Shown here: positions 1-11,560 of the stretch, in pieces
How the letters are laid out: the number at the start of each line of letters is the position of its first letter
How positions within the stretch are numbered: the first letter of the stretch is position 1
DNA from: Piedraia hortae CBS 480.64
Lineage: Eukaryota
Direction: 5' to 3'
NCBI GenBank assembly: GCA_010093745.1
Contig: MU005977.1
Location: 186,116 to 250,115, forward strand
Length of the DNA stretch: 64,000 bases
Notes under the pieces: model-generated
The model's database searches: none
Told to the model about the DNA's origin: nothing
What the model saw: only the letters and a program-made list of their open reading frames with translations
Position numbers and translations under genes: made by a program

Positions 1-30
1 CTACGTGCCTGAATTCTCTGCCTAGCCACT

Positions 31-682
31 TCAAACGATTGCCAGCTTGGTTGCTGCAATGTCAAGCGCATCCACGTCGGGCGTCAGACGCGCAAAAGCC
101 TTCTTGGAGCCATCAGGCCTGTCATCGGGTCAGTATAGATTTGAACCCTTTCACTGCTCTGCATACCGAATGAGGGTGTTGATGCGAAGAGCATCAACGT
201 CGTACAGCTTCTTCAGAGCCTCTTTGATCTGACGCTTGTTGGCCTTGACGTCTACAATGAAAACAAGAGTGTTGTTCTCTTCGATTTTCTTCATGGCGCT
301 CTCCGTGTTGAGCGGATGAATGATGACCTTGCCCGCATCAAGTCGGGGCTGCGAAGGGATCGACTTGCGCGGGTACTTGGGCGAACGCGACAAGCGAAGC
401 GTCTTCGGTCGGTGGAACGTGGTGTTGGTGCGGACTTTGTGCACTTTGTGCGAGTTGACCTGTAGTAAAACAGGCCGTCAGAATGATGGGTTGCTCTGAC
501 ACGCCTCAATTGTGCTCATGGCGGGATGCTTACTCCGCGTAGAGTGGCCTTTGCGGCCGCCGACGCCTTTGCGGAAGGCTTCTTGGAACCTGCGAATGTC
601 AGAAAAGCAGCCAGCATAGACATCAGTGGTGCACACCCGCTCCGCCTTTAGTATTCTTCTTGCCGGTATCTTTGGGTGCCAT
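31..682 (-). CDS. RPL25: 60S ribosomal protein L25 (uL23/L23a), 4 exons (682-637, 589-534, 459-167, 118-31)
   Basis: Spliced translation reads MAPKDTGKK...[29 protein letters not shown]...[35 protein letters not shown]...[27 protein letters not shown]; canonical GT..CTGAC..CAG introns. Confidence 0.97.
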
Positions 683-811
683 GTTGCTTGTCAGGAGTGT
701 GGTAGTGGTCAACGCAGATCAGAAGTCGCAAAATTTCGGCGTGGGCTCGGCGGCTGCCGCCGGCCCGATGCCAAGCCGCTATGCGCTAACCCAGAAACGT
801 GACAAGGTGTC

Positions 812-838
812 GCCTGATTATGATTATCATAATCAGGC
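812..838. repeat. Perfect palindrome with 13-bp arms and 1-nt spacer (GCCTGATTATGAT-T-ATCATAATCAGGC)
   Basis: Read directly; lies about 130 bp upstream of the RPL25 ATG. Confidence 0.9.
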
Positions 839-1239
839 AACAAATAGGTATCATAATATGATATCTATTCGACAAGTAGCTTCTAGATAGTCTACTCAGT
901 ACTCTTATCGTTCCTATCCGTGGAAAGTAATTTCCACCCTCCGCTAGGGGGTGGGCGACAGTGATATGATACTGTGTCCATCCCCAGCCAACACACCCGA
1001 TTCGTCAGCATACCATGTGCAGGGCTTGTCCGCGCTAATCAGACGTCCCTCTTCGTGTTCATTTTATGCTGGCCGGTGGAAGCGTTGGCTGGAAATGGGC
1101 GTCGTATCATATCGCTGTCACCCATATCCTAGTGGGGAATGTATATCTCTTCCCATGGATATCCTATCAAGCTAGACAACTCTGTTGCTTGTCAGACATC
1201 TTGAGAAGTGGGCCATCGATCTCTACAGTATAGGTATAC

Positions 1240-2345
1240 TACCCGCTTTCGAGCTCCGAATACCCGTAAACAGTCGATATCATATAACGTGGGATTCTCC
1301 TTCCGCAGCTAAGGGCATCACGACATGGTAAAGTTCCAAGTAGTTGTCCAAGGGTTCTGCAATTTCTGATAGATCGTTGGCTCAAGGAGCTTTGTGACGT
1401 AGGCCATTCTGTACTTAAAACCAGTCCAGGCCAACAAAGACATTTTCTCGTAAGTGTCCGCGGTGTTGTAGGACGCTGAGATGGCAACAAAGTGGGTACT
1501 TTACTCCGACCATACGCCAAAGATAAACCCGAAGCTTAGCGGGAGTTCACAGCACCTGCGGATGGTTGCGGCCGCTCAATCTCAGATCGTAGGAAAGATC
1601 ACGGCGAGATGTCGCCAACGCACAGCGTTGGCGACATCTAAACCTGGCTGATATACCTTTGGACATAGTATTGTCACTCCGCTGTGGCACATCTACGACA
1701 TAAAGTCTGGGGGTAGGCACGAACCTAGCCTTACACATCGATGAGGTTCATCATCCGACAATGTTCAAATGCAAGTGTGAAGTGCTGTGGCGCTCGTTTA
1801 ACGTCGAATCGATTGCAATCGTGTAGGGCCCTTATAGTCGGATATACATTGGCTCTTGAACAGAGTTACTGGAGTTAAAGTGCAAAGTCAATGTCGATAG
1901 GCTTTGAAATATAGTCCGAAGCATTGATGGTGACCCAAAATGGACCTGATTTTGAATTCCCCTCGATGAGTTTGAGTCTGTAATACTAGGCTATTACCTG
2001 GATTACCAAAATGGCGCACTAGAGAACAAGCATTATGGAGGGCGTGACCTAAGATGAGGGAGCGTGTGGTTCTTGATATGCATAGTCCATATTGATAAAG
2101 TCCATTTCTTCAAGAACGGTGAAGACCTCAAGTCTGTTGTTTCAAAGAAATCTGGCCCATTTGGAAGAGCGGAGAATATGCAGAAAAGCTCCTGTTCTTT
2201 TTAAGTCTTGATATTGGTTAACCAACTTTTAAGCCTACAAAGATCAGCTGGAGGAAAGACGGTGCATGTAATCGCCTCTAGTCGGCAGAAGCACTCTTGA
2301 GTTGTTTTACTCAAACAGCTCGTGATATTCTTGCCTTTCCATATT
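1240..2345 (-). pseudogene. Decayed member of a putative dispersed lineage-specific gene family (boundaries approximate)
   Basis: No long ORF; short collinear similarities to the islands at ~30.6k, ~39.8-40.2k, ~59.2-59.4k and ~61.2k (e.g. GTGTAGGGCC at 1821 and 40121). Confidence 0.4.
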
Positions 2346-2667
2346 AACCAGCGTTGAGTGCGAATGGTGGTGGCAAAATCGGAAGTGACAGTTAGACGGG
2401 TGGGGTCTAGACGTAGAAGGTGCAAGGGGCGGGAGGTCCGGCCCCTCCCGTCTCCACAACCATCCCAGTTCCCCGCCCTCTGCAACGGTCCGCGCTTGCG
2501 CCCTTGGGAGCGAAAGCGGAAAAGCCAAACACTTGCTGACATTCACCAATCTGTCATTCACTTTTTCACCAGTTCAACATTTCTCTTCTGCTTTCACAAC
2601 CACTGCAATTTGACGCGATATCTCGAGTCTAACGCTTGTGCGGAGTGCTTATAGCAGTCAGGACACA

Positions 2668-4666
2668 ATGTACAATGCTCATCGGGGCATGCCCGGTGCA
2701 AATGCACCGCAAACGCGATATTCCGAACTCCTCGAGCAACTGCGGCAGGAGTTTGAGGCGCAGGTAGGCGAGACCGATGCGACGAAGCTACTACGATACT
2801 GACAGTGGTTAGGTTAGTCGAGCCACAGAGTCGGAGCACCAAGGTAGGTGGGAATCGAAAGCGGCCATATGAGGATGCTGAGACAGGGCATGTAGTTGCC
2901 GGCCAAATTCATGAGATGGAAGCAGTGCGAAATAAGGTGTATCAGCTAGAGCAATCGCATCTCGCAATGAAGGCTAAGTAGGAAGATGCACTCTCACAGG
3001 GAAGACGGCACTGACGCGGCAAACAGGTACGAAGAGGAGTTGGCTCGTCTCAGACTCGAGCTCGAACAACGAGGAGGATCGTCTCAGGCACCCCACGCAG
3101 GCGGTCCCGCCACAGCTCCTCCGCCGGCCATCGGCCACGGGCCGTCCAATCTATTCCCAAGCCTCATCACAACAAGCGGCCAGGGAGGGCCGGGGCTTGC
3201 GCCTATGCCACCGGACCAGCAAGGTCCTCCAGGACTTCCTACACATGTACCACATCAACCCGGGCCTCCAGGGCTTCCGCCACACAACCCGTTCCCATAC
3301 AACGGACAGCCGACTGGTATCAATGGTGAGTCGCCCTCTTATCGACAACGCGAGGCTACTTATTCTGAGACAGGCTATGGACCTCCCGCTACTCAAGCCG
3401 TGAATTCCCCAGGTCCCGGTGAGTAATATCCCATTGTGGCAGAACTGTTTCTTACGGATACAGTTGTCGTCCGACCTCCAGGCCAACCTAATGGCAACCA
3501 GCAGCAGCAGCACCAACAACACCAGCAGATTGCCCCCGACTTTTTGTACACGCCTGCACAGCTTGATATGATTGGCAACCAGCTGTCGGAGCTGGAGCCA
3601 GACAAGCTACCGCCGTCTCTTAAGCGAGTCGGAGATGATTGGCATGTCGTGTACAATCCGCGCGTGCGCCGCCAACTTGAGGTGGACCTTGTCCACAACC
3701 TCCCCCATCAAAGCGTTGTGTGCTGCGTACGCTTCAGCCACGATGGCCGCTTCGTCGCCACGGGCTGCAATCGCTCGGCCCAGATCTTTGACGTTTCAAC
3801 CGGCAAACAGGTTTGCCATCTTCAAGACGGCAACGGCTCTCTCGAGGGCGATCTTTACATTCGCAGCGTTTGCTTCAGCCCCGATGGGCGCACTTTGGCC
3901 ACCGGTGCCGAGGACAAGATTATCCGCGTGTGGGACATTGCGACCAAACAGGTCCGTCACACCTTTCCCGGACATGATCAAGACATTTACTCGCTGGACT
4001 TTTCCAGCGATGGGCGGTACATTGCGTCAGGCTCGGGCGATAGATCTATCCGTCTCTGGGACATACAAGAAAAACAATGCGTACTGAACTTGCAGATTGA
4101 AGACGGGGTTACGACCGTGGCAATTTCAGGTGATGGCCGTTTTGTGGCTGCTGGATCTTTGGATAAATCTGTGCGCATATGGGACACGCAGACGGCCCAA
4201 TTGGTCGAGCGAACGGAAGGGGATCAAGGCCACAGCGACAGTGTTTACTCGGTCGCCTTTTCGCCTACGGGAACACATCTCGTGTCTGGCTCGCTGGACA
4301 AGACGATTCGGATGTGGAAGCTGAACAACTACCGCCACGCTGGTTCGTTGCCCAAGAGTGGCGACTGCGTGCGGACGTTCGAGGGACACAAGGACTTTGT
4401 TTTGAGCGTAGCACTTACGCCAGATGGACAATGGGTCATGTCCGGATCAAAGGACCGTGGCGTACAGTTTTGGGATCCGGCTACGGGCGACGCACAGCTG
4501 ATGCTACAAGGCCACAAGAACAGCGGTAAGTCGGTTTTCTTGCTTTATGGACCGTACTAACAGAACAGTTATCTCCGTAGCGCCCAGTCCAAAGGGCGGA
4601 CTCTTTGCTACCGGCTCTGGTGACATGAAGGCTAGGATCTGGCGGTACCAATCTTACACTGGGTAA
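2668..4666 (+). CDS. TUP1: General transcriptional corepressor Tup1/RCO-1 (N-terminal Tup_N coiled coil plus C-terminal WD40), multi-exon including a 31-nt mini-exon
   Basis: MYNAHRGM...SELLEQLRQEFEAQ...EMEAVRNKVYQLEQSHLAMKAKYEEELARLRLELEQRG; WD40 motifs HQSVVCCVRFSHDGRFVATGCNRSAQIFDV, DLYIRSVCFSPDG, LMLQGHKNS|VISVAPSP...ATGSGDMKARIWRY; canonical introns. Confidence 0.97.
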
Positions 4667-4896
4667 CTGGCTACATTCATTATTTGTCTGAAAGCCCTAC
4701 ATACGTTAGTGAGCATGGAGGAGAAGACCAAAATGGCTGAAATATATATGTACTCTGCAGTGTGCTTCCAGGGGGTGGAGGAAGTGATGTGGTGGTAATG
4801 CACGTCATCTAAATCGAATCTAGCGTGACGCATGACAAGTCCCAAAAATATCTCCCGACTCCACTCCAGAATCTCACCTTCGCATTGAGCGGCTGC

Positions 4897-5691
4897 ATGG
4901 AAACATTACACAAGATAGCCGGCGTGCAAGACGCAGCCGATCTGAAAGATTCTTCGACGCAAGATGACGGAAAGCCCACGCAACCAGTGCAACTGACGGC
5001 CAATTCGGCGCCGATAAACGCGCACACCAGCGCAACCACACCTACACGCGCCAGTCTCCCCTTGGATCGACGTCCTAGCAGCAAGTCCTTGCGGAGCGCT
5101 CTCAAGCAAGACACCGACGCGCCGCCCGTTCCCCATCTCCCTTTATCCGCCTCTAATGGTGAACAGAGCCCTACACTGGGCGGAACTCCTTACAATACAT
5201 CTCCCAATTCCGATGAGACCGACTTCGTTTGGGGCACGTCACATCCTTGTTTCCCACATCCGAATCCCTACTGCGCCATGTCCAGCGAAGCGTACAACTC
5301 CACCCGTATCATCCGCGTCAAGCGCGACTACCTCGTCGCCGGCGACCTCTACCCCCAGTTCGCGAACCTCTATCCGGAAATCCTAGACCCGCTCGTCACA
5401 GATGCAGAGTTCCGCGTCCTCATTGCGGAGATTAACGCACGGTTGAAGAAAGTCTACGACCCGTTCCAGGCACGCGCATGGGTGGATGCCGCGCTAGGAC
5501 TGATGACAGGGTTTCTGTGGGATGATCTTGGGTGGACTGGAAAGAAGAGTGGGGAGAAAAGACTAACAACCTGGATAGAGGGATGGAACCTGGAGAAGGA
5601 GCGTGAGGGCAAGATGGTGAGGGTCATGGACTTGCGGAAGTCTGGGCTCATGGCTTTGGAATTTGTCATTCCTGATCCCGAAATGGATTGA
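4897..5691 (+). CDS. ERF4/Golgin-A7 family protein (Ras palmitoyltransferase accessory subunit-like)
   Basis: C-terminal motifs WGTSHPCFPHPNP, TRIIRVKRDY, PQFANLYPEILDP, GLMTGFLWDDLG, LRKSGLMALEFVIPDP typical of fungal Erf4-domain proteins; first in-frame ATG at 4897. Confidence 0.8.
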   Translation: METLHKIAGVQDAADLKDSSTQDDGKPTQPVQLTANSAPINAHTSATTPTRASLPLDRRPSSKSLRSALKQDTDAPPVPHLPLSASNGEQSPTLGGTPYNTSPNSDETDFVWGTSHPCFPHPNPYCAMSSEAYNSTRIIRVKRDYLVAGDLYPQFANLYPEILDPLVTDAEFRVLIAEINARLKKVYDPFQARAWVDAALGLMTGFLWDDLGWTGKKSGEKRLTTWIEGWNLEKEREGKMVRVMDLRKSGLMALEFVIPDPEMD

Positions 5692-5791
5692 ATGATTTCA
5701 TTTGAGACTATGCATTTGACGTGCATGGCAAGCGGCGTAAGGTGAATTCGTTGTATTGATACCCACTTGTGATTAATTCGGGTTGTAGATC

Positions 5792-7330
5792 TTAGCACTG
5801 GCGTGATAAGTGTAGTACTGTCAAACCTCGATCGTCGATGATCTGCCTTAATCCCGTCCAAACACCTTGCTCAAAATCAAGGTCATCTAACCCGATGTGT
5901 CGTGAAAAGTGCCATTCTGGCTTTAAGGATACATTAGAGAACGTCTCGCGAACAACCGACTCGCGGCTGGAGGGGATGATCAGTAGCGTTTTAGTATCGT
6001 TGGTTTGACACGGCAGCTCAGAGTAGATCTTCTCCATGGAATTCGATGACCCCATAAGATCCTTTGTGATGATCTTGAGGTTTTCCTCGCCCAAAAGCCA
6101 CCGAGGAGGGCTGTATGTCTTCCACCAGATCGCCTCGGTGACATTTGCTTGCTTGCTTATCCAACTCTGAGCGGGCACGACACCACCCTGGTGGAAGATG
6201 CCAAAGATGATGCTGGCGAGGGTGTTGAACACTGCCCATGCTGCAACAAACACCCGTACCTTGCTCGTGGGTAGCTTGATGGAAGCTAGCAACAGTGGAA
6301 CAGCCGGCAAAAGAAAACGTGGTTCCTGGTGTCGGAAACAGGAGAGAAGAACAATACCACCAATGCCTGATCGAAAGAGCATGTCTTTACGGCTGGACAA
6401 TGCTATCAAAGGTACAGCAGGGCCCAGTAATTGGATTAGATTAACCGTAAAATGCTGCCATAGTGGATGTAAGCCGTGGTGGGCAAGATTGCTTGGATCC
6501 ATGTTGTAAAGGAGATTGTTGTATGGAGTGAAGACTGCCCCCCTCAGCTTGTCTCTCAAGCGCAATCGATGGTTGGTGTAAAACGCAGTGTCTAGCTCTA
6601 TGGCCACGAGCGTACAGAGCACGCCGGTGAAGAGTGCGACATACAATCGCCAAGGTTTGGAAAAGAACAGAAGAGCAGTTTCCAACCCGGCACTCAAGAG
6701 AAAGGCAGGAAACGTGATGCGGTTGAAGATGCCCAAGACGCAAAGAGCTGCAAGAGTTGCGCAATGTTTGGTCTGCGTCTTCTGCGTGTTGTCTATCAAT
6801 CGGCGTAGAAGAACCAAACACCAAAGCACAATCAATGTTTCTATGCTGTTGGAGAATGTATGCACCTGATATGTCCAGGTCACATAAGAAGACGCGACAA
6901 GAAGCAAAGCCACGACGCGTTCCCGCTTGACAGGTAGCAGCTCATGCAGAGCCCAGTCTTCGAGCACAAAGCTGAGTAGAAACATGTATGTCCTCAGCGT
7001 GTAAAACACAGCTGTTGGAGAAGGGCTGTGGCCAATGCCTTTGGCTATCAGCTTAAAGATGACCAAGGGAGGCCCGTACACAATCCATAAGGGGAATATG
7101 CTGCGAATAGGGTGCTCTGATGTGAACTCCCATGTCTTGAATGAGGGCCAACCGAGAAACTGACCTGAGTTTTGATCAGAACAAGAAAAAATAGAAAACA
7201 AAGCGAATGCAATACCAACAATGACCTCTGGACCCTGAAAATGCTCGTCTGGATGAATGTAGCTCGGCGCCAATGCAAAATAGAGCCGCACTAACACCAA
7301 CACGAGGTAGATGAATGCCACCCTTAGCAT
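5792..7330 (-). CDS. SMP3: GPI mannosyltransferase 4 (GT22/PIG-Z family); probable in-frame 51-nt intron 7165-7215
   Basis: SYIHPDEHFQGPE, TWEFTSEHPIRS, TFSNSIET, HQEPRFLLP, GIFHQGGVVP, WWKTYSPP motifs; multiple hydrophobic segments. Confidence 0.92.
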   Translation of the reverse strand: MLRVAFIYLVLVLVRLYFALAPSYIHPDEHFQGPEVIVGIAFALFSIFSCSDQNSGQFLGWPSFKTWEFTSEHPIRSIFPLWIVYGPPLVIFKLIAKGIGHSPSPTAVFYTLRTYMFLLSFVLEDWALHELLPVKRERVVALLLVASSYVTWTYQVHTFSNSIETLIVLWCLVLLRRLIDNTQKTQTKHCATLAALCVLGIFNRITFPAFLLSAGLETALLFFSKPWRLYVALFTGVLCTLVAIELDTAFYTNHRLRLRDKLRGAVFTPYNNLLYNMDPSNLAHHGLHPLWQHFTVNLIQLLGPAVPLIALSSRKDMLFRSGIGGIVLLSCFRHQEPRFLLPAVPLLLASIKLPTSKVRVFVAAWAVFNTLASIIFGIFHQGGVVPAQSWISKQANVTEAIWWKTYSPPRWLLGEENLKIITKDLMGSSNSMEKIYSELPCQTNDTKTLLIIPSSRESVVRETFSNVSLKPEWHFSRHIGLDDLDFEQGVWTGLRQIIDDRGLTVLHLSRQC

Positions 7331-7618
7331 GGCCGCCTATAGATTGAGCAAATAGTCACAAGTGTCCACATGCCGGCAGCAAACGAAAGATTATACAACC
7401 ACTAGTAAGCCACTGTGGCAGGCGCAATGCGGTTGGCTGGCTGGCTAGCCGTTGTAGGGTGCATATGAGGCGTTAGGGTCCGAGCGTTGCCCCGCCTGAC
7501 GTTTATTGGTTGCCTTATAGAGCTTGACGTACATTTGTGGCACCACAAACACTCCACCTCAACCGTAAACCACTTTAACCAGCACTACACAGCGTTTGCA
7601 TCTTCTCAACCACACACA

Positions 7619-8185
7619 ATGGCTTCCAACGATATTACCGACCCTGAGAGCGAGAATTTTCAGGTCACGCTGACCAGCTCGGATGGCGTCGAAATGAAGA
7701 CAACACGCAAAGTTATTGAGCGGTCGACGGTCATCAAGGATATGTTTGGCGACCTTGGTGCCTCCAGCGAGCCGATACCCATCATGAACGTGAGTCCGAA
7801 TTTCCCTTTCACCGCCATCTCGTCGCTAATGTTGTAGGTCACGGAGAACGTCCTTCGCAAGGTCCTGGAATGGTGCATCCACCACCAGAATGACCCTCCG
7901 GCCTCACTAGAAGATGATTCCGATTCCCGCAAGAAGACGACGGACATTGATGAGTGGGACCAGAAGTTTATGCAGGTCGACCAGGAGATGTTGTTTGAAA
8001 TCATTCTGGCCGCCAATTACCTTGACATCAAGGCTCTACTGGACATTGGCTGCAAGACTGTAGCCAACATGATCAAGGGAAAGTCACCAGAGGAGATTCG
8101 CAAGACCTTCAACATCCAAAACGACTTCACTCCGGAGGAAGAAGAACAGATTCGTCGGGAAAACGAGTGGGCCGAGGACCGCTAG
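7619..8185 (+). CDS. SKP1: SCF ubiquitin ligase subunit Skp1 (SconC); intron 7790-7837
   Basis: VTLTSSDG...[22 protein letters not shown]...[78 protein letters not shown]. Confidence 0.98.
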
Positions 8186-8489
8186 AAGCATGGGAGCTAA
8201 TCGCTAATGGTCTTCTCATCATCTGGTGTTCATGGGGCCTGTCAACTGCTGGGCTTCTACTGACCAGCCCTGTCGGCTGGCGTGGTAGGCATTGTCACGT
8301 ATACAGCATGTCTTATGGCTCGGTTTTTTTTTTGTTTTCTTGACTGCAAGACTGTTTCTGCATGTTGTAATTTGTAGCGTTGAATCCACGGGCAATTGTC
8401 AGTGAGCCGTGGCGGTAGGCGTTGTGTATACGTGTCCTCGTAGACCTCCATTCCTACAAACTTGAACACCGTCACCTTCTTCATAAGCC

Positions 8490-9469
8490 ATGTATCTCCT
8501 ATACGACCTTCTTGCACTCCTCACACTTACATCGTTGGCCTACGCAAAGCCCAAGCCCAAAGCTGCAATGCTCCTTTCCACGGTGCAAACACTTACGCTA
8601 CGCGATGGGCGGCTGACCAGCCATCGTCGCGTCGCGGCAATGCCGCAGCTAACCTGCGTCGGCGGCAACGCCAAGGGCCTGTATAGCATCGACGTGATGC
8701 GGTGTGAAAACTCGGGTACCGAATACGGGTCCGAAGACATTCAATGGACGTGCAAAGCAGACTTACCTGGTGAATTCAAACTAGGCAGCACCGATGTCAT
8801 CTGCGAGGGTTACGATCACGCTGACGACCCCTACGTTCTGAAAGGAAGCTGTGGAGTGGAATATAGGCTTATTCTGACCAAGCTTGGAGAGGAGAGATAC
8901 GGTCGCTCCGCGTTTGACAGAGCGTGGAGGAAACCAAACAAGGAAAATGTGTCTTCAGCCCTCTTTACTATGCTCTTCTGGGGGACTTTTATCAGTGAGT
9001 TTGATTGAGGAGCTTAGGGTGTATGGTGAGGAAGCTGACGATGCGGCCAGGTGTAGCACTCTTCATCATATACAAGGTCCTTCTCGGCGGCGATGGTGGA
9101 ATGCCACGGCTTCCTCCTAACCGTGGTTTTGATCCCTTTGACCCTCGTGGTCCGCCACCAGGTCCTCCTCCGCCGGGTAATGACTACAAGAAACCCGATG
9201 GTCCCTGGCGTCCAGGGTTCTGGAGCGGAGCAGCTGCGGCTGCGGCTGGGGCATATGCAGCTAACGCTTACAGGAACTCGCAGAGAGATGCAGGTCCAAG
9301 TTCGCAGCAGCGTGCCAGGTATTACGACGAGCAGCCTTCTTGGCTGCATAGGGAGAGGACGCCCTCTCCTCCAAGGGCAAACTATGGATCGGGTCGCAAT
9401 AGAGGATCGTCGAGCTTTGGTGGCAATACTTATGAATCCACGGGCTTCGGGGGAACGAGAAGGAGATAA
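8490..9469 (+). CDS. SARAF/DUF1183 family membrane protein; intron 8995-9050
   Basis: Signal peptide; VQTLTLRDGRLTSHRRV..PQLTCVGG, QWTCKADLP..FKLGSTDVICEGY..DDPYVLKGSCGVEYRL; transmembrane segment; C-terminal PGFWSG and ESTGFGGTRRR. Confidence 0.9.
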
Positions 9470-9822
9470 TTTCTAGTTGGATGTGTCACGACACGAGGCT
9501 AAGGACGAGGGGTCGGGGCCGAGGGATCGATGAAAGACAAGGGTGAGAGGCTCAAAGCAATGGGCTATGGACGTGAGGACTGCGTAGACCCTATTTAGAA
9601 GAGAAGAGAAAACTCAGTGCCGCTTGAGCACATGCCGCAGAGTGGGGTCGCTAGGATCGGGCCGTAGGCGGACCGGGCCTTTCCGTCTGACGGGATGGCT
9701 TTCAATTTTCTCAATGTGGAGGGGGAAATGCGGGGTCCCAGAGCACCTCGCTTTTCACACACACGCACACACCACGAATACACAAATCCAGCGTAGACAG
9801 ATATAGTAGACGCAGACCAAAG

Positions 9823-11547
9823 ATGAGCACAACCAACACAGTGACTGAAAACATGAAGAGAAAACGCCTGAGTGCACCCAAAATCTCACAGCTCGCCCCT
9901 GAAGGTGAACGGTACATGCGCGCCTGCGCCGACGTGGCCAACGCACTCGTAGCCGACTATGAAGCCTCACAACAGCATGGGACTCCGTCGCGCAGCCGAG
10001 ACATTAACCTCAACAGCCTCAGGGGCCAATGTGCCAAGAAACATTTTCTCTCGCGCCAGCCACCGCTCGTGGATATCATTGCGGCCGTGCCGGAGCAGTA
10101 CAAGAAGTACATATTGCCTAAGCTCGTGGCTAAGCCCATACGTAGCGCGTCCGGCATAGCCGTCGTCGCGGTCATGTGCAAGCCTCACCGTTGTCCGCAC
10201 ATCGCATACACGGGCAACATATGCGTTTATTGCCCGGGGGGCCCGGACAGCGATTTCGAGTATTCCACGCAGTCATACACGGGCTACGAGCCAACCAGTA
10301 TGCGGGCCATCCGGGCGCGATATGATGCGTTTGAGCAGGCACGCGGACGGGTGGACCAGATCCGCAATCTCGGCCACAGCGTCGATAAGGTGGAGTATAT
10401 CGTCATGGGCGGGACATTTATGAGCCTCTCGCAGAAGTACAGAGAAGGGTTTATAAGCGCTTTGCACAATGCACTGAGTGGATACACGAGCAACAGCGTC
10501 TCGGAAGCGGTCGAGGCAGGAGAACAGAGCACGACAAAATGCGTGGGCATCACTATCGAGACGCGCCCGGATTACTGTCTACCTCCTCACCTCAGCGATA
10601 TGCTACGCTACGGCTGCACGCGGCTGGAAATCGGCGTGCAGAGCCTCTACGAGGACGTCGCCCGCGATACAAACCGCGGTCACACCGTCACTGCCGTTTG
10701 CGACACCTTTTGCATGGCAAAAGATGCCGGCTTCAAAGTCGTGAGCCATATGATGCCTGACCTGCCCAACGTCGGCCTCGAGAGGGATCTTTTCCAGTTC
10801 CAAGAGTATTTTGAAAACCCCGCTTTCAGGACAGACGGGCTGAAGATCTATCCTACCCTCGTCATTCGCGGAACCGGTCTGTACGAACTCTGGCGGACGG
10901 GACGATATAAGAATTATACTCCAAACGTTCTTGTCGATTTGATCGCGCGCATCTTGGCCCTGATACCCCCATGGACGCGCATCTACCGCGTGCAGCGAGA
11001 TATTCCCATGCCACTCGTCACATCTGGCGTGGAAAATGGCAATCTGCGGGAGCTCGCGCTGGCACGGATGAAGGACTTTGGGACAACCTGTCGCGATGTA
11101 CGGACGCGAGAAGTCGGTATCAATGAAGTGAAGAACAAGATCCGCCCAAACCAGGTGGAACTGGTGCGGCGGGATTACGTTGCAAATAATGGTTGGGAGA
11201 CGTTTCTAGCCTACGAGGATCCGAAGCAAGATATCATCATTGCCTTGTTGAGACTGAGAAAGTGCAGTGAAAAATTCACATTTCGGGATGAGTTGACGGC
11301 GCAGGCAACCAGTCTTGTCAGAGAGCTGCATGTTTACGGCTCCGCAGTGCCCATTCACGAGAGGGTTAAGGGCAAGTCGCAGCACCAGGGCTACGGCACT
11401 TTGCTCATGGAGGAGGCCGAGAGGATCGCTTTGTTGGAACACGGATCAGAAAAACTTGCTGTCATTTCCGGCGTCGGTGTAAGGGGTTACTATAGGAGAT
11501 TGGATTACGAGTTGGATGGCCCGTATATGTCCAAGAAGTTGAGTTGA
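9823..11547 (+). CDS. ELP3: Elongator complex catalytic subunit Elp3 (radical SAM plus GNAT), intronless; start 9823 or 9853
   Basis: [88 protein letters not shown]. Confidence 0.98.
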   Translation: MSTTNTVTENMKRKRLSAPKISQLAPEGERYMRACADVANALVADYEASQQHGTPSRSRDINLNSLRGQCAKKHFLSRQPPLVDIIAAVPEQYKKYILPKLVAKPIRSASGIAVVAVMCKPHRCPHIAYTGNICVYCPGGPDSDFEYSTQSYTGYEPTSMRAIRARYDAFEQARGRVDQIRNLGHSVDKVEYIVMGGTFMSLSQKYREGFISALHNALSGYTSNSVSEAVEAGEQSTTKCVGITIETRPDYCLPPHLSDMLRYGCTRLEIGVQSLYEDVARDTNRGHTVTAVCDTFCMAKDAGFKVVSHMMPDLPNVGLERDLFQFQEYFENPAFRTDGLKIYPTLVIRGTGLYELWRTGRYKNYTPNVLVDLIARILALIPPWTRIYRVQRDIPMPLVTSGVENGNLRELALARMKDFGTTCRDVRTREVGINEVKNKIRPNQVELVRRDYVANNGWETFLAYEDPKQDIIIALLRLRKCSEKFTFRDELTAQATSLVRELHVYGSAVPIHERVKGKSQHQGYGTLLMEEAERIALLEHGSEKLAVISGVGVRGYYRRLDYELDGPYMSKKLS

Positions 11548-11560
11548 GTTTGGCAATCGC

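Noticed and set aside
1505..1540. CGACCATAC resembling the 5' end of 5S rRNA
   Set aside because: The downstream sequence lacks 5S box A/C motifs and a complementary 3' stem
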